Notes under the pieces: generated by a model | The model's database searches: none | Told to the model about the DNA's origin: nothing | What the model saw: the letters and a program-made list of their open reading frames with translations, nothing else | NCBI GenBank assembly: GCA_963706575.1 | Contig: CAVPNL010000018.1 | Span: 143,732-207,731 of the forward strand | Source of the DNA: an uncultured delta proteobacterium | Lineage (GTDB): Bacteria; Desulfobacterota; Desulfobacteria; Desulfobacterales; JAHEIW01 | Direction of reading: 5' to 3' | Length of the DNA: 64,000 nt | Part shown: positions 11,646-23,671 of the stretch, piece by piece | Position numbering within the stretch: position 1 is the stretch's first letter | How the letters are laid out: each line of letters starts with the position of its first letter | Program-made: the position numbers and the translations under genes

Positions 11646-12140
11646 TCAATAAACGCGCTCTTCACGTATTCCTTCTTGGGACACCGAATCCGGCATAACC
11701 TGAATTTTATTGTCCGATCCGAATTTTACGGTTACATAGAGGCTGGAGTAATACACACCTACCTTATTTCCTTGATTGTCAAAAATATGGGAGCCACGCG
11801 GATTATAGGGTGGGCGGTGTTCAAATTCCCACATGTATTTTACGGCTTCTTTAAACTCTTCGGTTTGGGGATCGATTTGACGCCATAATCGTGATTGAAG
11901 CTCCCATTTGGGATCAAGCCCCACAATGGCGTAATGTCTGTTGTTAACGCCGTAATAATAAAATTTGAAATCAGATGGAACCTGGTTGGTTTTAAAAGAA
12001 TCGGTGACATTATCATCAAAAGCGACCCGCCCGTATGATCCGGTGCACCCCGCAGCCAGGGCAAACGCCAATAAACCAAATAAAAAGCCAATAAACGGCT
12101 TCGAAGTGGCCTTATTTGGGCAAAATGGTCCGCTTTTCAT
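11646..12140 (-). CDS. Hypothetical lipoprotein (paralog of 12421-12897)
   Basis: Lipobox LAAGC; shared YYYG..YAI.G.DP..W..DP.TE.FKE..G.KVG..YSS pattern. Confidence 0.75.
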   Translation of the reverse strand: MKSGPFCPNKATSKPFIGFLFGLLAFALAAGCTGSYGRVAFDDNVTDSFKTNQVPSDFKFYYYGVNNRHYAIVGLDPKWELQSRLWRQIDPQTEEFKEAVKYMWEFEHRPPYNPRGSHIFDNQGNKVGVYYSSLYVTVKFGSDNKIQVMPDSVSQEGIREERVY

Positions 12141-12226
12141 CGTTGACTTCCTTACCGCCAGCCCGGTATCCGACCACCGGCTTCAAATGCAATCAGGCAG
12201 TTCTTAGCAGAAAAATAAAATTAGAA

Positions 12227-12424
12227 CTATACCCTGTCTCAAAAATGTGGATCAGGGTTCAGGGCCCCGCTAAGCGGGATTACATGTCTAATCTAAACAG
12301 ATTAAGGTATGCATCAAGGCGTCCGGTGAATTGAAAACGGAGCGTACACGAAGTACGTGAGTATTTCAATTTGCGGGACAACGCAGCCCAGGGCCCTTAG
12401 ACGCATTTTTGAGATGGACTCTAG
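12227..12424. mobile_element. MITE-like non-coding element with terminal inverted repeats (..TCTCAAAAATG / CATTTTTGAGATGGACTCTAG)
   Basis: TIRs; interior (cccgc..gcgggattaca..taagg..gcatca..ggcgtcc..aattgaaa..gagcgta..agtacgtgagtatttcaattt) shared with 50619-50885. Confidence 0.75.
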
Positions 12425-12897
12425 TGACTGCCACGGACGAATGGCGTATCCGGCATGACCGCAATTCTGTTGTTCTCTTCGAATCGTATCGCGACGAACC
12501 AGATGCTCGAATACCATATACCAACCTTTTCGCCGGTTGGAGACAAAATGCTGGCTCCGGATATCAATGAATAATAATCGCCGCCCCAAACCCAGTCAAC
12601 CATTTCTTTGAACTGCTCGGTCCCGGGATCGACCTCACGCCAGACTTTCGAGCTTATATGATAAGCGGGATCGATTCCAATAATGGCATACGGGGCATTC
12701 GTTCGGCCGTAATAGTAATATTTGTAATCGGGCTCGACCTCATAGGATTGAAAAATCCGGGTGAGTTCAGGATTGCGTTTGATTCGTCCGTAATTTTCAG
12801 AACAGCCGCTGACCATCGCAGATACAATTAACATGGCAAGAATATAGCAAAATCTTGAAAATCGGCTGCCGCTAATGATTGTTTGTAGATGATTCAT
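12421..12897 (-). CDS. Hypothetical lipoprotein (paralog of 11646-12140)
   Basis: Lipobox VSGC, AGGAG RBS, alignment to the neighbour by eye. Confidence 0.78.
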   Translation of the reverse strand: MNHLQTIISGSRFSRFCYILAMLIVSAMVSGCSENYGRIKRNPELTRIFQSYEVEPDYKYYYYGRTNAPYAIIGIDPAYHISSKVWREVDPGTEQFKEMVDWVWGGDYYSLISGASILSPTGEKVGIWYSSIWFVAIRFEENNRIAVMPDTPFVRGSH

Positions 12898-13069
12898 TAA
12901 AACTCCTATATGGGAAGCATTTCATCTGTGTCCTTGCACTGGGGATGAAAATGCTTTTGATGTTTATTTTTTGTAATAAGGATAATGGTTAAATAATAAT
13001 ACCACTCAGTGGCATGTCAATGGGGATTGTTATAGCGAGGGTTACCTGTTGATCGGTGGGTTTAAAAGG

Positions 13070-13112
13070 CAAAAAAAAGGCCTGTCACAGTTTAATTAAT
13101 GACAAGCCTTAT
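13070..13112 (-). terminator. Probable terminator after the tRNA-Val/Asp pair
   Basis: Minus-strand hairpin AGGCTTGTCA...TGACAGGCC followed by a T-run. Confidence 0.55.
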
Positions 13113-13118
13113 TTAAAA

Positions 13119-13197
13119 TGGCGGGGACGAAGGGACTCGAACCCTCGACCTCCGGCGTGACAGGCCGGCGTTCTAAACCAAACTGAACTACGCCCCC
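13119..13197 (-). tRNA. tRNA-Asp(GTC)
   Basis: GGGGGCGTAGTTCAGTTTGG...CCTGTCACG...GGTTCGAGTCC...CGCCA. Confidence 0.97.
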
Positions 13198-13253
13198 GTA
13201 TGTTTATTTAGTTGCGGATAGCTTTCGCCTCTCCGCTCCACTCCTTTATGAAG

Positions 13254-13329
13254 TGGTAGGCGGAACAGGGCTTGAACCTGTGACCCCCGGCTTGTAAGGC
13301 CGGTGCTCTCCCAACTGAGCTACCCGCCC
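13254..13329 (-). tRNA. tRNA-Val(TAC)
   Basis: GGGCGGGTAGCTCAGTTGG...CTTACAA...GGTTCAAGCCC...ACCA. Confidence 0.97.
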
Positions 13330-13439
13330 ACTTTTATCGGTCCGTTAGGCGTCCAGGGAAAGCAATTGCTAACAATTTCAGCCCATAATGTCAAGGTAAA
13401 AGTCGGCTGAAAAGATGTAGTCCCTTATCGCTTTGTCTC

Positions 13440-15824
13440 TTATATCAAATTTTTCGGTTTTTCCGCGTCTTCGGTGGTGATTTCAAGCGGAATGTCAACA
13501 TTTTTAAAAATCGTGTTGCCGTCATCAAGGATGAGTGCGTGGGAAAGCACTTCATCCATATGCTCCACCAGGATAACTTCAACCTGCTTGGAGATGCTTT
13601 TGGGCACATCTTTTAGATCTTTTTCATTTTCTTTGGGGATCAGAATTTTTTTGATTCCGCCCCGGTGAGCGGCAATGATTTTTTCCTTCAAACCGCCGAT
13701 CGGCAGTACGCGGCCCCGCAGGGTGATCTCACCGGTCATGGCATAATCACGGTGTACCGGAAATTTGGACAGGGCTGATACAAGCGAAGTGCACATGGAA
13801 ATGCCTGCAGATGGTCCGTCTTTAGGGATAGCGCCTTCGGGGATATGAATATGAATATCATATTTTCGGTAAAATTTTTCATCGATCGCCAGATTATGCG
13901 CCCGTGATCGAACGTAACTTACCGCGGCCTGAGCTGATTCCTGCATGACATCGCCCAGTTTGCCGGTAACCGTGAGTTTACCCTTTCCGGGCATAATCAA
14001 TGTTTCGATAAAGAGCAGCTCGCCGCCCACCTGGGTCCAGGCCAGCCCGGTGACCATACCGACCTGATCCTTTTCTTCAACCTGTTCCTGCCGAAACCGG
14101 TAAGGTCCGAGGTATTTGGCAATCGATTTTTCGGAAACTTTGAATTCGGTTTTATCCTTGTTCTTGACCGCTTCTTTGGCCAATTTACGGCAAATCGAAG
14201 CAATTTCACGCTCAAGATTTCTAACACCGGCTTCGCGGGTATAGCGCCGAATAATGGCCAGTATCGAATTTTTGGAATAATTTACGTTTTTCCCCTCCAG
14301 GCCGTTGAATTTAATCTGTTTGGGGACCAAAAAGCCTTCCGCAATATGATATTTTTCATATTCGGTGTAACCGGGGAGTCGGATAATTTCCATGCGGTCC
14401 TGCAGCGGCAGCGGAATATCCGGCAAGGTGTTGGCCGTCGTAATAAAAAGGATATCTGAAAGATCATAATCCATATCCAGATAATGATCATTGAAGCTGA
14501 AGTTTTGCTCGGGATCCAGAACTTCCAGCAGCGCTGCCGACGGATCGCCCCGGAAATCCATGCTCATTTTGTCGACTTCATCCAGACAAAATACCGGGTT
14601 GCTGACACCGGCCTTTTTCAGTGACTGAAGGATTTTACCCGGCAGGGCCCCGATGTAGGTTCGCCTATGCCCGCGGATTTCAGCTTCATCTCTAACCCCC
14701 CCGAGGGAAAGGCGTACGTATTTGCGCCCGGTGGCCCTGGCGATGGATTTGGCCAGCGAGGTTTTGCCAACGCCCGGCGGGCCGACGAAGCAAAGGATCG
14801 GGCCTCGAATTTTCTTTACCAGGGCCTGAACCGCCAGATACTCTAAAATCCGTTCTTTGGGTTTTTCAAGGCCGTAATGATCTTCATCGAGGATCTTTTC
14901 AGCCTCATCGAGGTCATCGCCCACTTCGCTTTTTTCATGCCAGGGCAAACTGATGATCCAATCGATATAATTTCGCACCACCGTGGCTTCGGCCGACATG
15001 GGGGTCATCATTTTTAATTTTTTAAGTTCGGCTTCAACTTTTTCAGTGGCCTCTTTGGACATCTTTTTGTTTTTGATCTTTTCTTCAAGCTCTCTGATCT
15101 CATCGCCCGGATCATCATCGGCGCCCATTTCTTTTTTGATCGCCCGCATCTGTTCGTTCAGATAGTAATTTTTCTGCGTCTGCTCCATCTGATCTTTTAC
15201 GCGATTTTTGATGCGCTGATCCATTCGGAAAACTTCAATTTCCATTTTAATCAGGCTTAAGAGCAGCGCCAGCCGATCGGTGGGCGAAATAATTTCCAGC
15301 AGTTTTTGCTTGTCTTCAATTTTAAACGAAAAATGCGAGGCCACCGTGTCGGCCAGCTGCGATGAATCCGCAATAACCGCAGCGTTGGTGACCAGTTCTT
15401 TTGATATGTTTTTGTTGACGCTGGCATATTCCTCGAACTCTTTAATGACCGATCGAATAAGCGCCGTGGCTTCTGCTTCAGGAACAACAGGTTCTATTAT
15501 TTTTTCAACCTGTACCTGAAAGAAATCATTTTCTATTCTAAAGCGTTCAATTCGGGCTCTGGCCTGGCCTTCCACGAGGGCTTTAACGGTTCCGTCCGGA
15601 AGCCTCAGCAGCTGAAGCACCTTACCAATCGTTCCAACATGGTTAATGTCCGTTTCCCCGGGGTTGTCCACATTGGCCTTTTTCTGAGTCGACAGAAAAA
15701 CAAGCTTATCTTTGTTCATGGCATCAGCCAGCGCATTGACCGATTTGGTTCGCCCCACAAAAAGCGGCGCCACCATATGGGGAAAAACGACAAGGTCTCT
15801 TAATGGTAAAAGGGGTAATAGCAT
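13440..15824 (-). CDS. lon: ATP-dependent protease La
   Basis: [11 protein letters not shown]-domain, [17 protein letters not shown] catalytic Ser. Confidence 0.98.
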   Translation of the reverse strand: MLLPLLPLRDLVVFPHMVAPLFVGRTKSVNALADAMNKDKLVFLSTQKKANVDNPGETDINHVGTIGKVLQLLRLPDGTVKALVEGQARARIERFRIENDFFQVQVEKIIEPVVPEAEATALIRSVIKEFEEYASVNKNISKELVTNAAVIADSSQLADTVASHFSFKIEDKQKLLEIISPTDRLALLLSLIKMEIEVFRMDQRIKNRVKDQMEQTQKNYYLNEQMRAIKKEMGADDDPGDEIRELEEKIKNKKMSKEATEKVEAELKKLKMMTPMSAEATVVRNYIDWIISLPWHEKSEVGDDLDEAEKILDEDHYGLEKPKERILEYLAVQALVKKIRGPILCFVGPPGVGKTSLAKSIARATGRKYVRLSLGGVRDEAEIRGHRRTYIGALPGKILQSLKKAGVSNPVFCLDEVDKMSMDFRGDPSAALLEVLDPEQNFSFNDHYLDMDYDLSDILFITTANTLPDIPLPLQDRMEIIRLPGYTEYEKYHIAEGFLVPKQIKFNGLEGKNVNYSKNSILAIIRRYTREAGVRNLEREIASICRKLAKEAVKNKDKTEFKVSEKSIAKYLGPYRFRQEQVEEKDQVGMVTGLAWTQVGGELLFIETLIMPGKGKLTVTGKLGDVMQESAQAAVSYVRSRAHNLAIDEKFYRKYDIHIHIPEGAIPKDGPSAGISMCTSLVSALSKFPVHRDYAMTGEITLRGRVLPIGGLKEKIIAAHRGGIKKILIPKENEKDLKDVPKSISKQVEVILVEHMDEVLSHALILDDGNTIFKNVDIPLEITTEDAEKPKNLI

Positions 15825-15980
15825 ATTTGATTCCTCAGTTCCTTTTTCTTTAAAAAATTTAGGAATATTGTCTGTTTCTTATTTAACGAATTGCCAGAAG
15901 AATTAGATCATGGGCGATTTGGTTTGCGGACAACGCCGTCTATGGGGAACAGATCCATTCACATGATAAATAAAATCACA

Positions 15981-17225
15981 TTAGGCTTGTTTCTTCGTCT
16001 GCTCGTAAAGCAGGATGGGTTCCTCCTTGTTTAAGACAACATCCTCTCCGATGACACATTCTTTTACATTGGCAATTGACGGCAGGTCATACATGATTTC
16101 AAGCATGCAGGTTTCCATAATTGCCCGCAACCCGCGCGCGCCGGATTTGCGTTTCATGGCCTCTCTGGCAATCGCCGCCAGCGCACTGTCGGTAAGTCGC
16201 AGGTTGACGCCTTCCATTTCGAAGAGCTTCTGAAATTGCTTGAGCAAGGCATTCTTGGGTTCTTTCAAAATCCGGATCAATGCGTTCTCATTGAGCTCAT
16301 CCAGGGTCGCAACCACCGGCAGGCGCCCTAAAAACTCGGGAATCAGCCCGTATTTTATCAGATCCTCCGGTTGGACGTCCATGAGGATCTCACCGATGGT
16401 TCTCTCTGTTTCCAGAAGGATCTTGGCCCCGAAACCCATTTGCTTGGATCCGAGACGACGCTGAATAATTTTTCCCAGACCGTTGAAAGTCCCCCCGCAG
16501 ATGAACAGGATGTTGGAGGTGTCGACTTTAACAAAATCTTGTTGCGGATGTTTCCGGCCGCCCTTTGGCGGCACGCTGGCTGTTGTTCCTTCAATTATTT
16601 TCAAAAGCGCCTGTTGAACGCCTTCCCCCGAAACATCTCGCGTGATCGAAGGATTGTCCGATTTACTGGCAATTTTATCGATCTCATCGATGTAGACGAT
16701 CCCGCGCTTGGCTTTGTCTACATCGTAATCCGCATTCTGGAGCAGGGCAAGAATGATATTTTCTACATCCTCGCCGACATAACCGGCCTCGGTCAGGCTG
16801 GTCGCATCCGCTATGGTAAACGGTACATTCAAAAATCTGGCAAGCGTTTGCGCCAGCAGCGTCTTTCCGCAGCCGGTCGGGCCAATCAGCATGATGTTGC
16901 TTTTCTGAAGTTCAACATCCCCGGTGTTTAATATAGAGTCAAGGCGTTTGTAATGATTGTAAACCGCTACCGAAAGCACCTTTTTGGCCGATTCCTGTTC
17001 GATCACATATCCGTCAAGCTTTTCCTTAATTTCTTTCGGCGCCAGGATACGATCCGATTCCTGGGTATCCTTTTCGCTTTCTTCCTCAATGATTTCGCTG
17101 CACAGCTGGATACATTCATCACAAATATATACCGCCGGGCCGGCAATCAGCTTTCGAACTTCAGATTGATTTTTCCCGCAAAAAGAACAAAACAGGTTGT
17201 CGTTTTCATCTTTTTTCTTTGGCAT
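15981..17225 (-). CDS. clpX: Clp protease ATP-binding subunit ClpX
   Basis: CSFCGK zinc finger, [28 protein letters not shown]. Confidence 0.98.
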   Translation of the reverse strand: MPKKKDENDNLFCSFCGKNQSEVRKLIAGPAVYICDECIQLCSEIIEEESEKDTQESDRILAPKEIKEKLDGYVIEQESAKKVLSVAVYNHYKRLDSILNTGDVELQKSNIMLIGPTGCGKTLLAQTLARFLNVPFTIADATSLTEAGYVGEDVENIILALLQNADYDVDKAKRGIVYIDEIDKIASKSDNPSITRDVSGEGVQQALLKIIEGTTASVPPKGGRKHPQQDFVKVDTSNILFICGGTFNGLGKIIQRRLGSKQMGFGAKILLETERTIGEILMDVQPEDLIKYGLIPEFLGRLPVVATLDELNENALIRILKEPKNALLKQFQKLFEMEGVNLRLTDSALAAIAREAMKRKSGARGLRAIMETCMLEIMYDLPSIANVKECVIGEDVVLNKEEPILLYEQTKKQA

Positions 17226-17226
17226 A

Positions 17227-17841
17227 TTAGCTCTCCGACTCTTCTAAGTGGTCAAGATCGTCACGGTTGGCAATGACATGGTCAATAATTCCGTATTTTT
17301 TGGCCTCCTCACCTGACATGAAAAAGTCTCGATCGGTATCTTTTCGGATGTCCTCCATTTTTTTACCGGTATGATCCATCAGAATCTGGTTTAAGCGCTC
17401 TTTCATCCGCAGGATCTCTTTGGCCTGGATTTCAATATCAGAAGCCTGGCCCTGAAAGCCCCCCATGGGTTGATGGATCAAAATCCTTGAATTGGGCAGC
17501 GAGTAGCGCTTACCGCGTGTTCCTGCAGCCAGCAAAACCGCACCCATGCTGGCAGCCTGGCCGATGCAAACGGTGGCAATATCCGGTTTAATATACTGCA
17601 TGGTGTCATACACCGCCAAACCGGCAGTTACCAGCCCCCCGGGGGAGTTCACGTAAAAATTGATATCCTTGTCAGGGTCTTCGGATTCTAAGAAAAGCAG
17701 TTGGGCAATAATGAGATTGGCAATCTCATCGTTCATGGCCGTGCCGAGAAAAATGATGCGGTCCTTGAGAAGGCGCGAATAGATGTCATAGGCGCGCTCA
17801 CCCCGGCTGCTTTGCTCGATTACCATCGGTATCAGTGGCAC
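17227..17841 (-). CDS. clpP: Clp protease proteolytic subunit
   Basis: [22 protein letters not shown]. Confidence 0.98.
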   Translation of the reverse strand: MPLIPMVIEQSSRGERAYDIYSRLLKDRIIFLGTAMNDEIANLIIAQLLFLESEDPDKDINFYVNSPGGLVTAGLAVYDTMQYIKPDIATVCIGQAASMGAVLLAAGTRGKRYSLPNSRILIHQPMGGFQGQASDIEIQAKEILRMKERLNQILMDHTGKKMEDIRKDTDRDFFMSGEEAKKYGIIDHVIANRDDLDHLEESES

Positions 17842-18038
17842 AGGTGGTCTCCTCTATCAATAAACGTTTCGGATTTGTTTTTAGGCCAATTTCCTAAATT
17901 TACATCATGGAATGATGGAAGTCTGAGTATGAAATGCGGAAAAAGACATTTTCATTCCATTGTTCCAAACCCATTATTCCACTATTGCAGCATTCCAATA
18001 TTCCAGATGAGGCGCCGATTTTTAATCGGTCTAAAACC

Positions 18039-19388
18039 TTACTTCTTTTTTGCTTTTTTTGCCTCTTTTTTGGCTTTGGGTTTATCGGGCGTTTCGGGCT
18101 TCACATCAGTAATTGTGCTACTATCAATAATAAGTTTGATCGCCTTTTTTTCAAGTAAGGTATGCTTGAAATACCTCAGCTTATCCGGATTTTGATCATA
18201 GAATTTCTTGATTTCTTCCAGCGGCTGGTTAAAGCTTTCAGACATCTCCTCCAGCCCGCCTTCCAGCTCCTCATCGTCAAGGTCGAGGCTTTCCTGATCG
18301 ATGATTTTCCCCAGAATGAGGTGGCGTTTAACCTGCTTCAAGGCCGTGTCGCGGTATTTTTCAGCAATCGTCTCTTTTGAAAGCCCCATTTCCTCCATGG
18401 ACGTGTTGCGATAGGCAAAAGAGCGCTCGGCCTCCTCGACGATTCCCTGAAGCTCCATCTCGACCATGGCGTCGGGTACTTCAAACTCCGTTCCGGCAAT
18501 TAAGGTGGTGAAAACCTGCTCATTGAGTTCCTGCTCGGTTCGTTTTTCGTAACCCTGTTTTAAATTATCCAGAATCACTTTTTTCAGGTCATCCAGCGAT
18601 TGATAGGGGCCTGCTTTTTTGGCCAGTGCATCATTAATCGGCGGTAAAATCTCCTTGCGGATTTCGTTCAGCACCACCTGAAAATCAATTTCCTGGTCGG
18701 CCAATTTTTCGTTGGGGAAATCTTTGTCAAATTTTAGGCTAAACGCTTTGGATTCACCCGACTTCATACCGATTAGCTGGTCGTCAAAATCTTTGGAAAT
18801 AATCGCCTTGCCGATTTGCAGGCTAAAATTTTCAGCATCGCTAAATTCCGCCACGGGCTCTCCATTCTGGGAGCCTTTCAGGTCGAGGGAGACAAAATCC
18901 TCTTTTCGGGCCGTCCGATCTTCAGAAACTTTTTCCTGTTGGGCCATTCCCTTCTGGAGCGATTTAAGCTGAATGTCCACCTCGTCGTCGCTGGCGGCAT
19001 GCAGTGTACGTTTGAGCTTCAGCCCTTTAAAATCGATATCTTCGATTTCGGGAGTGATCTCAACGGTGGCATCATATTTATAGGGGCTGTCGGCTACCAG
19101 CTCGGGCGGGTCCAGCTCGGGGTTACCGACGATATTTAGCTCGGTCTCCTTGATGGCATCGATAAATGAACTTTGAATCAGCTTGGAGGATACATCGGCA
19201 TGCACATCCTTTTTAAACATTCTTTCCAGAACCGACCGCGGAACTTTTCCCGGCCGGAAACCCTTTACTTTGGCGCTTTTTTTTAACTGATTATAGGCTT
19301 TGTCCAGTTCCCGGATAACTTCATCCTGTGGAATTTCAATATGGAGTGTTTTCTTGACGCTGCTGACATCTTCAACTTTAAATGGCAT
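18039..19388 (-). CDS. tig: Trigger factor
   Basis: GFRPGKVP ribosome-binding motif; tig-clpP-clpX-lon synteny. Confidence 0.96.
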   Translation of the reverse strand: MPFKVEDVSSVKKTLHIEIPQDEVIRELDKAYNQLKKSAKVKGFRPGKVPRSVLERMFKKDVHADVSSKLIQSSFIDAIKETELNIVGNPELDPPELVADSPYKYDATVEITPEIEDIDFKGLKLKRTLHAASDDEVDIQLKSLQKGMAQQEKVSEDRTARKEDFVSLDLKGSQNGEPVAEFSDAENFSLQIGKAIISKDFDDQLIGMKSGESKAFSLKFDKDFPNEKLADQEIDFQVVLNEIRKEILPPINDALAKKAGPYQSLDDLKKVILDNLKQGYEKRTEQELNEQVFTTLIAGTEFEVPDAMVEMELQGIVEEAERSFAYRNTSMEEMGLSKETIAEKYRDTALKQVKRHLILGKIIDQESLDLDDEELEGGLEEMSESFNQPLEEIKKFYDQNPDKLRYFKHTLLEKKAIKLIIDSSTITDVKPETPDKPKAKKEAKKAKKK

Positions 19389-19591
19389 AATGTTTCCAGT
19401 TCAACAAAATTTAAGCGCCTTGTAGAATATATTCACCACAAAGTTCGCAGAGCACACAGAGGATATCACGAAAAAATTTTTAAGCTTCTTACCCCTTAGA
19501 TCCAATCTCAGTGTTCTCTGCGCTCTCTGTGGTAAAAAAACCAGCACGACCTAAAGTCCGATCGTATCAAGGCACTTTTTAATAATTAATG

Positions 19592-19678
19592 TGGTGCGAG
19601 AGGGGAGACTTGAACTCCCACTCTGTTTCCAGAGCTGGATCCTAAGTCCAGTGCGTCTACCAATTCCGCCACTCTCGC
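19592..19678 (-). tRNA. tRNA-Leu(TAG)
   Basis: GCGAGAGTGGCGGAATTGGTAGACGC...CTTAGGA, long variable arm, ...GTTCAAGTC...ACCA. Confidence 0.96.
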
Positions 19679-19914
19679 ATTTGCATATGAAAAAAGGAAT
19701 CCAGGCAAGTGATTTGGGCAGACTGACCTTGGAGGATAAAATTTTCATTCAAGATTCTTTGGACTTTAACGGCTGAACCCAGTACCCAAATCCGTTAAAT
19801 CTCAGTATAAAAGACAAAACAGATAATGTCAATCTTATCGGCTGTCAAGTAAAATATGCGGACAGCCTGCCTTACGGTGTTGAAAAAAAAGATTGAATTT
19901 TATATAAAAATAAG

Positions 19915-20733
19915 ATGCCATTCGGAATCATGCAAGTTACAAATCCGTTAGTTAGCCGACTCCGGGAAATGGATATGCCTCCCGCAAAAGGATTTTTCTT
20001 GAGCCCGCATGCAATGCCGGCAATTCTTTTCATTTTATTCATTTGCATCTTAGTGCCCGCAGCAAATGCCAAACAGCCGTTCTTTGAAAAGGATAGGCCG
20101 GTGGTCGTAATTGATCCGGGGCATGGCGGAACTAACGCCGGTGCGAAAGGCCCAAACAATACGCTGGAAAAAACAGTCACGCTGAACCTGGCTCACATAC
20201 TCGCACAACAGCTGAAAGCCCGCTACCGGGTGGTTTTAACCCGAAATGGGGATTATGGGCTCGACCATTCGAGCCGCACGGCGGTGGCCAATCACGCCAA
20301 AGCGGAAATTTTTATCAGTCTGCACACCGGTAGCAGCTTTATCCACAATATCACTGGATCGACTGTGTTTTTTTATCAGCCATTTCAGGAGTCTGCCTTA
20401 ACGACTGAAACCCATGCCTCAAAGCCGCTTCAGGATAGCAATCCGGCCGTTAGCTGGGGAATGATCCAGACAAAATACCGTATAACAAGCGAAAAACTGG
20501 CCGGTCAGATACATTTCCGGCTGTCGGCGCTCTGGCAGCCGCAGGATGTTAAAGTTCAGGGAACGCCGCTGCTGGTTCTTGAAGGCGCCGATATGCCGGC
20601 TGTGGCAATCGAAATCGGAAACCTGCCAAATCCAACCTCAGAAAAAGCGCTGGGAGACCCCCGGTTTCTGTCTCGCATCGCCGAGGCGATCATTGGCGGA
20701 ATTGATGCCTTTTTTGGCGAAAAGCCAAAATAA
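19915..20733 (+). CDS. N-acetylmuramoyl-L-alanine amidase (Amidase_3); start uncertain
   Basis: VVIDPGHGG, EK, LTR, ISLH, AIEIG; signal peptide. Confidence 0.88.
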   Translation: MPFGIMQVTNPLVSRLREMDMPPAKGFFLSPHAMPAILFILFICILVPAANAKQPFFEKDRPVVVIDPGHGGTNAGAKGPNNTLEKTVTLNLAHILAQQLKARYRVVLTRNGDYGLDHSSRTAVANHAKAEIFISLHTGSSFIHNITGSTVFFYQPFQESALTTETHASKPLQDSNPAVSWGMIQTKYRITSEKLAGQIHFRLSALWQPQDVKVQGTPLLVLEGADMPAVAIEIGNLPNPTSEKALGDPRFLSRIAEAIIGGIDAFFGEKPK

Positions 20734-20974
20734 GCTGGAAAGCTTGGAGGCTTGGAAGCTGGAAGGCTATAAAGCCAGGAGGCCAGAAAGCTATAAAGCT
20801 TTGAAGCTAAAAGCCTGGAAAGCTAATTTATATGCATAAGGGCAAGCTTTACAGCTTCCAGGCTTCCCAGCCTGCCAGCAGATGGAGCTTTCGGGCTTCC
20901 CAGCTTTATAGCCTCCCAGCCTTTTGAGAGGCTTGCAACGGCAGAAAAAGCATGGTAATGAGTCTCCCTCGGAT

Positions 20975-21051
<77 letters not shown>

Positions 21052-21243
21052 GCCTTCCCTTCTGATTTTCCATTAGCCACGGACACACACGGACTCACAC
21101 AGAATTTGTTAAATGGTCAAATGGTCGATTCGTTAAACAGCTAAAAAAAGGAATACATCCATCGACAAATTGACCAATCAACCAATCAACAATTTAACAA
21201 AAGTGAAAAGATTTGACTGAATCTAATCTGCGTGCATCTGCGG

Positions 21244-21693
21244 TTAAATATTCTTCTTTATGGATTTTATTAAGGCAGGAGCGGTGAGGATGACAAGCAG
21301 ATCACCCACCGGCCCGTTGCAAAGCAGGGTGACACCCGAAAGCAAAACCGACCAGATCATGACTTCAGATTTTACCAACATGGCGCTGAAAGCTTGCGGG
21401 GTAAAGAAAAAGATAACCAGATTAATCGCACAGACAGCAACAGCTCCCCAGACTGCCCATTTACGCATATTCCATATACCGATTCCGCAAATAATCAAGG
21501 GTAACATCCCCAGCAGGTATTTGGCGCCTAAAAAACTCAGCAGGCTCCCCGACATATTCGGCTCATAGGCCAGCCAGATTATACCTTTAAATATGCACAG
21601 CCAACCCACTGCCCAGATTTGCCACGGGAATTCGACACTCATTCTCTCGGACGGAAAAATCTGAAACTTACTTTTCTCCATTATCGGCACCAT
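21244..21693 (-). CDS. Hypothetical membrane protein (4 TM)
   Basis: Hydrophobic ORF with RBS. Confidence 0.7.
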   Translation of the reverse strand: MVPIMEKSKFQIFPSERMSVEFPWQIWAVGWLCIFKGIIWLAYEPNMSGSLLSFLGAKYLLGMLPLIICGIGIWNMRKWAVWGAVAVCAINLVIFFFTPQAFSAMLVKSEVMIWSVLLSGVTLLCNGPVGDLLVILTAPALIKSIKKNI

Positions 21694-21724
21694 TTCCTGC
21701 TGCTTATCAATTTGTTTTCAATCA

Positions 21725-21869
21725 AGAACCCATCTCAAAAATAGGATTTTGGTTCAAGATCGCGGCGGGGCCAAGCTTAAAACCGGAGGCATACTGTTGT
21801 ATGTTGAGGATTTTAAGCGAGGCACCAACAAAGATATTGGGCCAAAAGACATTTTTGAGATGAGTTCTA
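21725..21869. mobile_element. ~145-bp MITE-like element (AGAACCCATCTCAAAAAT ... ATTTTTGAGATGAGTTCT)
   Basis: TIRs; near-identical second copy at 50431-50576. Confidence 0.88.
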
Positions 21870-22067
21870 ATTGGATTAGGTATTCATAGGGAATTAATTG
21901 GTTCGGGTCAATTAAAAAGCAGACGGGATTAGTTTAAATAGCTCGATATTCGTCAAATCGTTAATTAGTCGAATCGTCAAATAGGTAAAAATGGATATAA
22001 TCATTTGACTAATTGACCATTTAACCAATTAACTAATCAACAAATAGCGAATTGGCTGATTGGAATG

Positions 22068-22679
22068 TCAGCTCAGCAAATTAACGATAGCCAGGGTAAT
22101 GATCAGAAATGAGATAACAGCGCCGGCCATGCCGAAAAAAAAAGGATGGCGGAAAAAAAGAACGTCCAGTTCGGGGCCGTTGCGATCCAGTTTTTCAAAA
22201 AAAGTCCGTGTTTCAAACCAGGAATTCATTTTAGCCTCGATTGCCTGCATTTTTTCCGGCTTAAATAACAGAAAGAGACCGGATACCAGACCAAGGATGC
22301 ATGCAAGCCTGGCAACCCAGGCAAAAAAGATAAAAATCACCTCAAGGGTCATGAAATATTTGCGGGATCCGAGGAACACTTTCGCAAAGTTGGATAAATC
22401 AATATTAAAAAAGAAAAAGATGAGGGCAAAGATTGACCCCGCAACAAGGCATAAGCCGACAATAATATGATGGCTGTATATTAATGCCTCCGTGGAAATT
22501 TCTCTGTCCAGAAGGTTAATTTTGGGTTCGACGCTGATGTTGCGATTAAAAAAACTGCTGAGGGATTTTGTCAGGCGGGGCGAAAAAAGAAGCAGCAGGG
22601 AAAATGCCATCCCCAGAATACCAAATAGCAAAGTTAAAATTTCCACCGTATCTAACGCAATATCCCAGAAGATTTCCAT
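22068..22679 (-). CDS. Hypothetical membrane protein with internal duplication
   Basis: Two repeats of TM-LLF.P...N...LDR...H-TM. Confidence 0.75.
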   Translation of the reverse strand: MEIFWDIALDTVEILTLLFGILGMAFSLLLLFSPRLTKSLSSFFNRNISVEPKINLLDREISTEALIYSHHIIVGLCLVAGSIFALIFFFFNIDLSNFAKVFLGSRKYFMTLEVIFIFFAWVARLACILGLVSGLFLLFKPEKMQAIEAKMNSWFETRTFFEKLDRNGPELDVLFFRHPFFFGMAGAVISFLIITLAIVNLLS

Positions 22680-22763
22680 TGTATATCCCTTACATGTATG
22701 GTTGCAAATTTGAACCGGCCTTGTTTTTGGTATCGCCGGTTTTTAAAAGAACTTAAGCCGGTT

Positions 22764-23498
22764 TTATTTTTGCGTCAGTTTATTGGCAAGATAAACAACA
22801 TGAGAATTAGCGATGGCCTTCAATTTTTTCCGAACAACACGGGAATAATATTCACGTTCGGTTTTGGTAAATGATTGACTGTTTAACTTTTTAAATACCA
22901 GATCCTTTTGTTTGGGTGAAAAAAGCCAGTCCAGGCAGGCATTCAGCTCAGGGGACCGTCGCAACATATCCTTTTTAGTCTCCCTGTCGGAAGTCCCGCC
23001 CGTACTTTCCAAAGCGGCATTTTTAATTTTGAGAGTGTAATCCTTTAAGGTATTTTGAATATCTTTGATTGAGATCGTCATACCGCTGCTCAGTGAAAGC
23101 AATCTCCCCGACTTCAAGGAGCCGTACTTTGCCTTTAGCGACCGCACTATTTTCTTGAGGTTTTGCGGAGCTTCAATTCCCTCAAGATCGAATAATTCAC
23201 CACTGATTAGCAGCAGTTTTTCCAGATTTTTCTTTTTGGGACTCGATTCCCAGTATTTAGAAAACAATGCGTGGCTGTTGAGTGAAACGCCGTTGCGAGC
23301 GCAGATGCTCAGTACAACCGGGAATCGGACCACCAAAGCCGGATCGTTGGAGCTGGCAAGCGCATCAAGAATAACGGTTGCCTGGCTTCCGGTGAGCCGC
23401 TTTTGACTGGAATCGGCCAAAAGCGAATCGAGTATCCGCAATACAGCATCCGGACCGCCGGTTTTGCCCGCTGATGCATGGACAGCGTTTGTTTTCAT
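22764..23498 (-). CDS. Hypothetical protein
   Basis: 244-aa ORF with GGAG upstream; basic C-terminus KTEREYYSRVVRKKLKAIAN. Confidence 0.7.
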   Translation of the reverse strand: MKTNAVHASAGKTGGPDAVLRILDSLLADSSQKRLTGSQATVILDALASSNDPALVVRFPVVLSICARNGVSLNSHALFSKYWESSPKKKNLEKLLLISGELFDLEGIEAPQNLKKIVRSLKAKYGSLKSGRLLSLSSGMTISIKDIQNTLKDYTLKIKNAALESTGGTSDRETKKDMLRRSPELNACLDWLFSPKQKDLVFKKLNSQSFTKTEREYYSRVVRKKLKAIANSHVVYLANKLTQK

Positions 23499-23671
23499 TT
23501 GCTAAAAGAAACTCCCGGAACCAATTAATCTTCTAAATATCCAATTTTTCACTAAATAATAGAATACCCTATTCCAGGCATTTTATCAAATAAAAATTGT
23601 ATTTATTTATACAAACTACCCTTGAAGAGATTCAGAGGAATTTGAAGAGAGAGGAGGGAAAGAAGGAAGTG

